Positions 18,401-26,897 of a stretch of DNA of 64,000 bases are shown here, in pieces. The notes under the pieces were generated by a model that saw only the letters and a list, made by a program, of their open reading frames with translations, did not search any database and was not told the origin of the DNA. A program made the position numbers and the translations under genes. The stretch is from the NCBI GenBank assembly GCA_944390975.1, contig CALXRX010000004.1:23503-87502 (forward strand). Reading direction: 5' to 3'. Position 1 is the stretch's first letter; every line of letters begins with the position of its first letter. This DNA comes from an uncultured Clostridia bacterium. GTDB taxonomy: Bacteria; Bacillota; Clostridia; TANB77; CAG-508.

Positions 18401-19903
18401 CTACTTGCTAGCTACTGGTAAAATTGGTACTTGTAAACTATTTAACATTACCATATCTATATAGTTTATATAGTCTTGTCTTGTCATTGTTAAAGTTTTG
18501 TTTTCGCCTGGTATTTTGTTGTTTTGTATATTTAGTTCTTCTATTAGATTATTATAAATATTTTCTTTTTCAATATTTTCTACATTTTTTCTATTTATAG
18601 TATTTATAAATTTATTTACATTATGCAAATTTGTTTCATTTGTTTGGTTTATTATTTCCTTGTTTATATTTGTTGTAGTAATATTTGAAACTTCTGTTAT
18701 ATTATTTTCTACAATTTCTTTGTTTTCCTCAACAACATTTATTTCTTTGTTTATATTTGTGCTTTCTTCTTTTTGATTTACATCATTTTCAATTGTTAAT
18801 TTAACTGTTTTTGCATTTTGTGCATCAATTTCTATTATACTTTTATTTACTTGATAATCACTTATTGCATCTGTTTGTTTTAAATAGTATATTCCATCTT
18901 CTAATTCTGTATTTATTTTCCCGTCTTCATCTGTAATTAGATTTTCTGCTACTACTTTATTGTCTTTACCTAATATCGAAAATGTATTTCCTTTTATTGG
19001 TTGTTTAGTTTTTCTATCAATATTAACTATTTCTATTTCTGATTTTCCAATGGCTTCTATATCAAATTCTTTTTCAGTTAATTCTATTCCTTTTTCTGCT
19101 ACTATATATGTATCTTCTAAATTATTCGTTTCTTTATGTGTGTATAAAATTACATCCTCTTCTTCATAACTAAGTTTTAGTTTTATATTTTGTGTCTTAT
19201 TTTTTGGTGCTAATAAATAAATTGTATCATTGTTTGCAAAATCTTGTTTATTGTTTCCATTTTTATCTTGTATAATAACATTTTCTCCTATTTGTACTTC
19301 AATTTTTCCACTTTCTTTATTGCTAGACTGTATAAAATATTCTTTATATTGATATGTTTTATCTTTTTCATATTCTTTCCAATTGCTACTTTTTTCAATT
19401 AACTGTATTGAATCTTTTTCTTCTTTTGAAGCTTCTTCTATTATTCTAATTGTTGCATTTAGAATTCTTTGTCCTTCCTCATTATCTATAACATAGTCTT
19501 GAATGTTTCTTTTTTCCATTAATATATAAATTGCTTCTTGTGTTGCAAGAAATGCTTCTACTTCATTATTGCATTGCAATTCTTCTGCTGTTTTAATACC
19601 AAATCCATGTTTTAGTATATTTTTTATATCTTCATTTTGATAAATTTCTAGTTGTAATGGATATACACTATGTCTTGCATCACTCTTTTTTAATGTATAT
19701 GCTGGTGTTAATTTTCCTGTATCTCGGTTTTTACAGTCTCTTTTTACAGCCATTCTTTCTTCTTCATTATATGAATATGGTATAGTACTATTCCAAACTG
19801 CCATGATAATTAAATTTTCATCTTTTAATGTTGCCTTACTTATGTTTAATGTACTAATAATTGTTACAATAATTAGTATTGTATTTATTAATTTATGTTT
19901 CAT
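18401..19903 (-). CDS. secreted surface protein with TQxA-like motif and SpaA/Cna-B-type prealbumin-fold domain
   Basis: Signal peptide. ATQEAIYIL resembles the thioester-domain TQxA(I/V)W motif. KGNTFSILGKDNKVV..DEDGKINTELEDGIYYLKQT is SpaA-like. The C-terminus is N/I/E-rich and there is no LPXTG plus hydrophobic tail. Confidence 0.5.
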   Translation of the reverse strand: MKHKLINTILIIVTIISTLNISKATLKDENLIIMAVWNSTIPYSYNEEERMAVKRDCKNRDTGKLTPAYTLKKSDARHSVYPLQLEIYQNEDIKNILKHGFGIKTAEELQCNNEVEAFLATQEAIYILMEKRNIQDYVIDNEEGQRILNATIRIIEEASKEEKDSIQLIEKSSNWKEYEKDKTYQYKEYFIQSSNKESGKIEVQIGENVIIQDKNGNNKQDFANNDTIYLLAPKNKTQNIKLKLSYEEEDVILYTHKETNNLEDTYIVAEKGIELTEKEFDIEAIGKSEIEIVNIDRKTKQPIKGNTFSILGKDNKVVAENLITDEDGKINTELEDGIYYLKQTDAISDYQVNKSIIEIDAQNAKTVKLTIENDVNQKEESTNINKEINVVEENKEIVENNITEVSNITTTNINKEIINQTNETNLHNVNKFINTINRKNVENIEKENIYNNLIEELNIQNNKIPGENKTLTMTRQDYINYIDMVMLNSLQVPILPVASK

Positions 19904-19946
19904 TTTCTTACCTTTACTTTATAGCTTTTGCTATAAACCCTTTCTT

Positions 19947-20513
19947 TTAAATTATTTCTACTGCTTGTATACATCTTCTATTTTCTGGTTGTTCTAATAT
20001 TCCTGTTATTAATGTAATTCTATTATCTTGTGTACTACTTAAATAAGACCAGTCTGTTTGGCTTATTATCACATTTTTAATTACTTTGTATTCTTTTCTA
20101 TTTTCGTCTTTTATGTATATTATTACATCTCCTTCTTGCAGTTTTTCTAACTCTGCAAAGTAGTTTTCTTTATAACCTGCACTTGCTCCAACTAAACCTA
20201 TATTTCCATTAATAATTGGTGTTTGTGTGAAATGTCCTATGTAATTATTAATAATTTCTTCTTCTGTTCCATCTTGTATTTCTGCTGAAACATTAATTTT
20301 AGGTATCATTATTTTCCATTCTTTAATGGTTTCTTCTTCTGATAGTTTTTCTTGACTTTCTTCTATCTTTGCTATTTTACTTTCTACAACATCGTTTTTT
20401 AAATTAAATATTATAAATGTTAAAAAGTTGGTTTGTATAAATATGACAATAGCAAGAATAAGTGTCACCAAATTAATACATTTTTTGCTATAACAATTCA
20501 TGCATAATCTCAC
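19947..20513 (-). CDS. sortase-fold protein lacking catalytic His and Cys (pseudo-sortase)
   Basis: TM anchor. IPKINVSAEIQDGT..IGHFTQTP and ..ITLITGILEQPENRRCIQA align with sortase motifs. However, TLxTC reads TLITG and the AGHR His region reads GASAGY. The start could be GTG at 20513 or ATG at 20501. Confidence 0.6.
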   Translation of the reverse strand: MRLCMNCYSKKCINLVTLILAIVIFIQTNFLTFIIFNLKNDVVESKIAKIEESQEKLSEEETIKEWKIMIPKINVSAEIQDGTEEEIINNYIGHFTQTPIINGNIGLVGASAGYKENYFAELEKLQEGDVIIYIKDENRKEYKVIKNVIISQTDWSYLSSTQDNRITLITGILEQPENRRCIQAVEII

Positions 20514-20906
20514 ACTCCTAATATTAAATTTTTGTTTTTTTGGATTTTTAATTTAGATCTAAATTTTTTTAGAATTTTTTTAAATAATTTGAAATTTTTC
20601 TAGAAATAATTAATTATATAATAAAACATTTTATTTGATTTGTAAAGGATTTTTTTACGACAAAAACTGCCAAAATTCGACTTCGGCAGTTTTCTAAAAA
20701 TATTTTTAATTTGGGTATTTCACCTATTTATTTAGTTATTTCTAACATTCCTCCTATAGTTTATCGTTTATATTTATCTTATTTCTTTTTTTACTTTACA
20801 TATGTTATGATAATCTTTTTTATTCCTCCTTTCTCTTTGTTCAATTAATATTCTATCCTGTATTTATGTTCTAATTGTGAATGAAATTTGGAATATTAGT
20901 AAAAGA

Positions 20907-21794
20907 TTATCCTCCAAACATATAATTTTCTGTTTTAGTGTTTTCTATTATTTGTACTATTTCATCTATTACATATTTTGGAGTTGATGCTCCAGCCATA
21001 ATCCCTATTTTTTTAAACCTTTTTACATAATTCATATATAAGTCATCTATAGTTTCTACTAAAACCGCATTATTGCATTCTCTTAAAGAAATTTCATATA
21101 ATTTTTTTGTGTTAGAACTGTTTTTTCCACCAATAATAACCATTAATTCAACTTGTCTTGCAATTTCGGTTGTTTCCATTTGCCTTAATTTTGTAGCATC
21201 ACAAATTGTTTTATTAATTTCTAAATTTGAATCTTTTTTTATCATTTTTTTTAGATTTGAAGTGTATTGTTCAAATTTTTCCATTGAAAAAGTAGTTTGC
21301 GAAACTACTGCTATATTTCGTATATCTTTTTTATTTATACATTCTACAGCTAATTTGATATCTTCTAAATTTTCAACAACACTTATATTTGGAACACCAA
21401 AACTATATGTTCCAATTACTTCTGGATGTTCTTTTTCCCCTGTTAAAATAATATAATACCCAAGTTTTGCATAGTTTTCTACTTGTTTATGGATTTGTAG
21501 TACTTTTGGACATGTTAGGTCTAATGCTTTTATATTTTTTTCTTTAATTTTTTTATAAGTTTCTTTAGGAATTCCATGCGCTCTAATTATTAAATATGAG
21601 TTATTTGGTACAACTGAAATATCATCTACTATTTTTAGGCCTTTTTGTTTTAGCTTTTCTGTTACTTGTTTATTATGTACTAATTGACCTAAACAGTAAA
21701 TTTCCTTAACTTGTTCTAAAATTTTTTCAGTTTTTATTACTGTATTTTTTACCCCTGGACAGAAACCAGCTCTTTTTCCCAAAATTACTTCCAT
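20907..21794 (-). CDS. ispH: 4-hydroxy-3-methylbut-2-enyl diphosphate reductase
   Basis: GFCPGVKN, IRAHGI, LTCPKV, SQTT and SSNT are the LytB/IspH signature motifs. Confidence 0.92.
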   Translation of the reverse strand: MEVILGKRAGFCPGVKNTVIKTEKILEQVKEIYCLGQLVHNKQVTEKLKQKGLKIVDDISVVPNNSYLIIRAHGIPKETYKKIKEKNIKALDLTCPKVLQIHKQVENYAKLGYYIILTGEKEHPEVIGTYSFGVPNISVVENLEDIKLAVECINKKDIRNIAVVSQTTFSMEKFEQYTSNLKKMIKKDSNLEINKTICDATKLRQMETTEIARQVELMVIIGGKNSSNTKKLYEISLRECNNAVLVETIDDLYMNYVKRFKKIGIMAGASTPKYVIDEIVQIIENTKTENYMFGG

Positions 21795-21812
21795 AACAAT
21801 TCCTTCATTTCA

Positions 21813-22013
21813 CTATATGCTATTTAGTATTTCAAAAAAAAAATAAATTAATGTAAAATTCAGTATACTAAATAATGCTCCTATAGTAATTAGCAATGTA
21901 ATAAACTTGTTATTTCTTATTCGTTTATATAATCTTCTAAAAAAAGAATATTCTAACTTGTCCTTTTTTTCATTATAACGAATACTAAATATTTCATCTT
22001 TTGCATACTCCAT
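21813..22013 (-). CDS. small tail-anchored membrane protein, hypothetical
   Basis: 66-aa ORF with a single C-terminal TM. It lies 18 nt upstream of ispH and has GGAGGA before the ATG. Confidence 0.4.
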   Translation of the reverse strand: MEYAKDEIFSIRYNEKKDKLEYSFFRRLYKRIRNNKFITLLITIGALFSILNFTLIYFFFEILNSI

Positions 22014-22123
22014 AAAAAATCCTCCTTAATATTTCACTAGTAATAAATATATGCTATTTTTTTTGGAATATGACTATTGTTTATAAAATAATATCATATT
22101 ATTTAGTGTTTTTTCAACTAATT

Positions 22124-23917
22124 TTATGTTTTTTTTAGTTCTTCTTTTATTTTTTTTGCTAAATTTTCATTTATTCCTTTTATTTTTATAAGTTCCTCTA
22201 TTTTTGCATCTCTTATTTTTTCTATACTTCCAAAATGTTTTAATAAAGCTTGCTTTTTAGCATCTCCTATTCCAGATATACTATCTAATGCTGATTTTGT
22301 AATTTCTTTGTCTCTTATTTTTCTATGGTATTCAATTGCTGTTTTATGAACTTCATCTTGAAAATTTGTAATTACATTCATTAAATTTTCAGATAACTCC
22401 TGCTCTTTTCTGTTTTCATCAATTAATGCTCTTGTTCTATGTTTATCATTTTTTATCATTCCATAGATTGGAATATCTAAATTATATTTATTTATAGCTT
22501 TTTTTGCAGCTCTCATTTGTGTAATTCCACCATCTACAAATATTGCATCTGGTAAATTTCCAAATCCGCTATTGGTAGATTCAATTGAATGTTTTAATCT
22601 TCTTGTAATTACCTCTTCCATACATTTTGGGTCATCTTGTGTTAAAACTGTTTTTATTCTAAATCTTCTTGTAAGTTTATGATTAACAACCCCATCTTGC
22701 AATACACACATTCCAGCAACCATATGATTTCCAGATATATTAGATATATCATATGTTTCTATTTTTCTTGGCATCTTATCCATTTTTAAAATTTCTTTTA
22801 ATTCCATTAAAATATTATATTTATCTTTAGTTTTATTTTCTAAAGTAACTTTTGCATTATTTTCTGCCATCTCTACAAATCTTAATTTTTCACCTTTTTG
22901 TGGAGATTTAAGTTCCACTTTTCTAGACATTTTTTTAGATAACCATTCTTCTACCACATCTTTATCTTCAATTTTTTCTTTTAACATAATTTTATGAGGT
23001 ATTTCTTCTTTATTTATATAATATTGCTTTATAAAACTAGATAAAATTTCTTCATTTTTTACATCTTTTGCATTATCAAAAAAGTAATGTTCTCTACCAA
23101 TCATTTTGCTTTTTCTTACAAAAAATATTTCAACACATACATTTATATCATTTCTTGCAAGACCAATAACGTCTATATCATTTTCTGTTATGTTAGAAAC
23201 TTTTTGCTTTTGAGATATTCTTTGTATTGCAAGTTTTTTGTCTCTTAAGAATGCCGCTTCTTCATATTCTAGTTTCTTTGATGCTTCTAAAATTTGTTTA
23301 TCTAAATCCTTTATAATATTATCTATTTTTCCTTCTAACAACATTATTATTTGATTAATTTGCTCTTTGTATTCTTCTTTAGATATATACCCCATACATG
23401 GTGCAGTACAACGTTTTATATAATAATTTAAACATGGTCTTTTATTAGATTTAAAAGTTTTACATTGACGTATTTTAAATTTTGTTTTAATAAAGTCTAC
23501 CATTTCCTTAGCACTGCCCGAATTTGCATATGGTCCAAAATATTTTGCACCATCATTTAGTATTTTTCTAGTTATAGATACATTTGGATAGTCTGATTTT
23601 ACATCTATTTTTATATATGGATATGTTTTATCATCTTTTAATAGTACATTAAATTTAGGCATATTTTCTTTTATTAAATTACATTCTAGTATTAATGCTT
23701 CAGCTTCATTATCTGTAACTATATATTCAAAATGGTCTATTAATGAAACCATGTTTTCTATTCTTTTGGTTTTGTTATTTTTTCTAAAATATTGCCTAAC
23801 CCTATTTCTTAAAATAACTGCCTTGCCTACATATATTATTTTATCGTCTTTATCTCGCATAATATATACACCTGGTTTATTTGGCAATTTTTTTAGTTCT
23901 TCTTCTATATTAAACAT
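22124..23917 (-). CDS. uvrC: excinuclease ABC subunit C
   Basis: GIY-YIG N-terminus (GVYIMRDKDDKIIYVGKA), a UVR domain, an Endo V-like domain and a C-terminal (HhH)2. Confidence 0.96.
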   Translation of the reverse strand: MFNIEEELKKLPNKPGVYIMRDKDDKIIYVGKAVILRNRVRQYFRKNNKTKRIENMVSLIDHFEYIVTDNEAEALILECNLIKENMPKFNVLLKDDKTYPYIKIDVKSDYPNVSITRKILNDGAKYFGPYANSGSAKEMVDFIKTKFKIRQCKTFKSNKRPCLNYYIKRCTAPCMGYISKEEYKEQINQIIMLLEGKIDNIIKDLDKQILEASKKLEYEEAAFLRDKKLAIQRISQKQKVSNITENDIDVIGLARNDINVCVEIFFVRKSKMIGREHYFFDNAKDVKNEEILSSFIKQYYINKEEIPHKIMLKEKIEDKDVVEEWLSKKMSRKVELKSPQKGEKLRFVEMAENNAKVTLENKTKDKYNILMELKEILKMDKMPRKIETYDISNISGNHMVAGMCVLQDGVVNHKLTRRFRIKTVLTQDDPKCMEEVITRRLKHSIESTNSGFGNLPDAIFVDGGITQMRAAKKAINKYNLDIPIYGMIKNDKHRTRALIDENRKEQELSENLMNVITNFQDEVHKTAIEYHRKIRDKEITKSALDSISGIGDAKKQALLKHFGSIEKIRDAKIEELIKIKGINENLAKKIKEELKKT

Positions 23918-23971
23918 GTTTATTTTCTCCTATATAATATGATTATAAAAAGTAATATAACTTATTATTGT

Positions 23972-24099
23972 TAAAAAATACAGATGTGTTTAGTTTTCAC
24001 ATCTGTATCCCCTACTTGCTTTATTAGCAAGTCAACCCCCTATAACTTGTTGCCAAGTTACTAAACAGTCTCTCTATATGTTATTCCCTTATAACATAT
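23972..24099 (-). ncRNA. candidate structured small RNA or uvrC leader with four hairpins and an intrinsic terminator
   Basis: On the minus strand, the promoter is TTGACA (24132-24127), 17 nt, TAAAAT (24109-24104). The hairpins are ATATGTTAT/ATAACATAT, AACTTG/CAAGTT, ACTTGCT/AGCAAGT, and the terminator ACAGATGTG/CACATCTGT followed by ATTTTTT. No ORF. Confidence 0.4.
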
Positions 24100-24163
24100 T
24101 TATATTTTACATTATAAAATTTAATTTGTCAATATTTTTTATTCAATTTGACAATTCTTTTTG

Positions 24164-24682
24164 TTATTCCTCTATATAAGCTATATATGGTAAATTTCTA
24201 TATAATTCATTGAAGTCTAAACCATAACCAACTACAAATTTATCTGGTATTTCAAAACCAACATAGTTAACTTTTACATCATATATTCTTCTTTCTGGTT
24301 TATCCAATAATGTACATAATTTAAGCGTTTTAGGCTTTCTTTCTTTTAGGTGTTCTATTAGATAACTTAGTGTTCTTCCTGTATCTATTATATCTTCAAC
24401 AATTATAACATCTTTATCTTCTATTGATTCTTTTAAATCAAGTTTTAATTCTATATTCTCTGAGCCTATTTTTGAAGCCCCATAACTTGATACTTGTATA
24501 AATTCAATTTTTATATTTTTATTAATTCTTTTTGCTAAATCTACTGTAAAAAAAGTAGATCCTTTTAAAATACATATAAGAACAATGTCTTTTCCTATAT
24601 AATCTTTTTCTATTTGTTCTGCTATTTCTTTAATTCTATTTTGTATTTTTTCTTCATTTATTAATATTTTTAAATTTTCCAT
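24164..24682 (-). CDS. hpt: hypoxanthine phosphoribosyltransferase
   Basis: The PRPP-binding motif VIIVEDIIDTGRTL and the typical 172-aa Hpt layout. Confidence 0.92.
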   Translation of the reverse strand: MENLKILINEEKIQNRIKEIAEQIEKDYIGKDIVLICILKGSTFFTVDLAKRINKNIKIEFIQVSSYGASKIGSENIELKLDLKESIEDKDVIIVEDIIDTGRTLSYLIEHLKERKPKTLKLCTLLDKPERRIYDVKVNYVGFEIPDKFVVGYGLDFNELYRNLPYIAYIEE

Positions 24683-24964
24683 ATATACCTCTTTTCTTTA
24701 CCAAAACATTATTTTTGCTTCTTCTATATATTGTTAATAATTATACCACTATCTACTCCTTTCGTAAAGCTTATCTAATTATTTTGCATGATTTTGCATA
24801 ATAAAGAACAATGCATAAAGTTTAGTCCATTATACTATTATCTATCTATTAAATACCTATAGTCTGAACTGTAACAGAAAAATAATTTATTTTAATGATA
24901 TAGGTAGTATTTTAAATTATTTTATATTATAATTATAATATAATTTTTAGAAAGGAGTTTTTCT

Positions 24965-25621
24965 ATGGAAAATGAAAATGAAAATAATTTAATTTCAAAA
25001 ACATTTTTTTGGATGTTTTTAGGTTTACTTGGTAGTGGTATTGTAGCTTGGTATACTTATGCATCTGGATTATTTATTGATATTATTTTTAGAGGATATT
25101 TTAATATTTTACTAATACTAGAGTTAGTTGTAGTTCTTTTATTTTCATGGTTGTTTAAAAAATTATCACCAACAATTGTTGGAATATTATATTTTCTTTA
25201 TTCAATGATAAATGGTGTATTTTTATCAACTGTATTTGTTGTATTTGAACTATCTTCAGTTGTATGGTTATTTATAGCAAGTGCCGTTTTATTTGGAGGG
25301 TTAGCTTTTTTCGGCTATAAAACTAATAAAGACTTAAGTAATTGGAGAACTTTATTATTTGGAGTTTTAATTGTTGGACTTATTTTAAGTTTAGTTAATA
25401 TATTTTTAGGAAGTTCAATGCTAGATATTATCTTAGACTGGGTTATTTTATTGGTTTTCTTTGGTATTACTATTTATGATATGAACATTTTAAAACAACT
25501 ACAATATAATGAAAGTTTAGACCAAAACAAATTACACATTTATTGTGCAATGCAATTATACCTAGATTTTGTTAATATCTTCTTAAGAGTACTTGCTTTA
25601 TTTGGAAAAAGAAGAAACTAA
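24965..25621 (+). CDS. Bax inhibitor-1/YccA family membrane protein
   Basis: Seven TM segments. The C-terminal motif LYLDFVNIFL..LFG is characteristic of BI-1/YbhL proteins. Confidence 0.85.
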   Translation: MENENENNLISKTFFWMFLGLLGSGIVAWYTYASGLFIDIIFRGYFNILLILELVVVLLFSWLFKKLSPTIVGILYFLYSMINGVFLSTVFVVFELSSVVWLFIASAVLFGGLAFFGYKTNKDLSNWRTLLFGVLIVGLILSLVNIFLGSSMLDIILDWVILLVFFGITIYDMNILKQLQYNESLDQNKLHIYCAMQLYLDFVNIFLRVLALFGKRRN

Positions 25622-25765
25622 TTATATTGTAAAAAATTTCATGAACTTTTGCATAATTATCCATGTGTAAAACGCAATATCAGCAATTTAAGAAAAAGAA
25701 GAATTTTTAATATAAAGTTTCTTCTTTTTTTGTTATACAGGAAAAATCGAAGATTTTAAATATAT

Positions 25766-25810
25766 AATAAAAAACAAATTAGACTAGTACTACCACCAGT
25801 CTAATTTGTC
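25766..25810 (-). terminator. queA intrinsic terminator
   Basis: Perfect 12-bp stem, ACAAATTAGACT (25774-25785) with AGTCTAATTTGT (25798-25809), followed on the minus strand by TTTTT. Confidence 0.75.
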
Positions 25811-25874
25811 TTACATATTTATACAATTGAAACATATTTTTGAAAGAAAGTGCTTGTATTGATGTTTCTTATTT

Positions 25875-26897
25875 TTACATTATAAACATAGCATCTCCAA
25901 AACTAAAAAACCTGTATTTTTCTTTTACTGCTTCATTATATGCTTCCATTATATAATCCTTTCCAGCCAATGCTGATACAAGCATAATTAATGTAGATTC
26001 TGGTAAATGAAAATTTGTAATTAAGGCATCAATACACTTAAATTTATAACCAGGATAAATAAATATATTTGTATCTCCTGAGCATTCCTTCACCATTCCA
26101 TTTTCATCTGCTATTGACTCTAAAACTCTACATGATGTTGTTCCTACAGCTATTATTCTTCCTCCATTTTTTCTAGCTGTGTTTATTTTTTCTACATCTT
26201 CTTGTTTTATATAATAATGTTCTGAATGCATATCATGGCTTTCTACTTCTTCTACTTTTACAGGTCTAAATGTTCCAATTCCAACATGTAATGTAACATT
26301 TGCTATTTCTACACCTTTTTTCTTTATTTCTTCTAATAATTCATCTGTAAAATGTAATCCTGCTGTTGGTGCAGCAGCAGATCCCTCATATTTTGCGTAT
26401 ACTGTTTGATATCTATCTTTTTGTTTTAAGCTTTCATGTATATATGGTGGAAGAGGCATTAAACCAATTTTATCTAATATTTCATTAAAAATTCCCTCAT
26501 ATTCAAACTTTACCTTTCTGTTTCCACCTTCTAAAACATCAGTTACAACAGCTTTTAACAAACCATCACCAAATGTGACTTCAACTCCTGGTAATAATTT
26601 TCTTCCTGGTCGTACCATTACTTCCCAAGTATCTCCTTGTATTCTTTTTAATAAAAGAAATTCTACTTTTGCTCCTGTATCTTTTTTTCCGTAAAGTCTT
26701 GCAGGTATAACTTTTGTATTATTTCTTACCAAACAATCTCCTGGTTTTAAATATTCTAATATATCTTTAAAAATTTTATGTTCTATCGTTTTTGTTTTCC
26801 TATCTAAAACCATAAGCCTTGATGCATCCCTTTTTTCTATTGGTGTTTGTGCAATTAATTCTTCTGGTAATTCATAATTAAATTCTGATACTTTCAC
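25875..26897 (-). CDS. queA: S-adenosylmethionine:tRNA ribosyltransferase-isomerase
   Basis: [13 protein letters not shown]...RD.SRLMV and C-terminal [11 protein letters not shown]. The GTG start shares one nt with the upstream TAG stop. Confidence 0.96.
   Translation of the reverse strand: MKVSEFNYELPEELIAQTPIEKRDASRLMVLDRKTKTIEHKIFKDILEYLKPGDCLVRNNTKVIPARLYGKKDTGAKVEFLLLKRIQGDTWEVMVRPGRKLLPGVEVTFGDGLLKAVVTDVLEGGNRKVKFEYEGIFNEILDKIGLMPLPPYIHESLKQKDRYQTVYAKYEGSAAAPTAGLHFTDELLEEIKKKGVEIANVTLHVGIGTFRPVKVEEVESHDMHSEHYYIKQEDVEKINTARKNGGRIIAVGTTSCRVLESIADENGMVKECSGDTNIFIYPGYKFKCIDALITNFHLPESTLIMLVSALAGKDYIMEAYNEAVKEKYRFFSFGDAMFIM

Noticed and set aside
20749-20770. Six-codon ORF MLEITK after AGGAGG, considered as a leader peptide.
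   Set aside because: The SD-to-ATG spacing is only 1 nt, and no attenuator logic is evident downstream. I kept it only as part of the repeated-motif observation.
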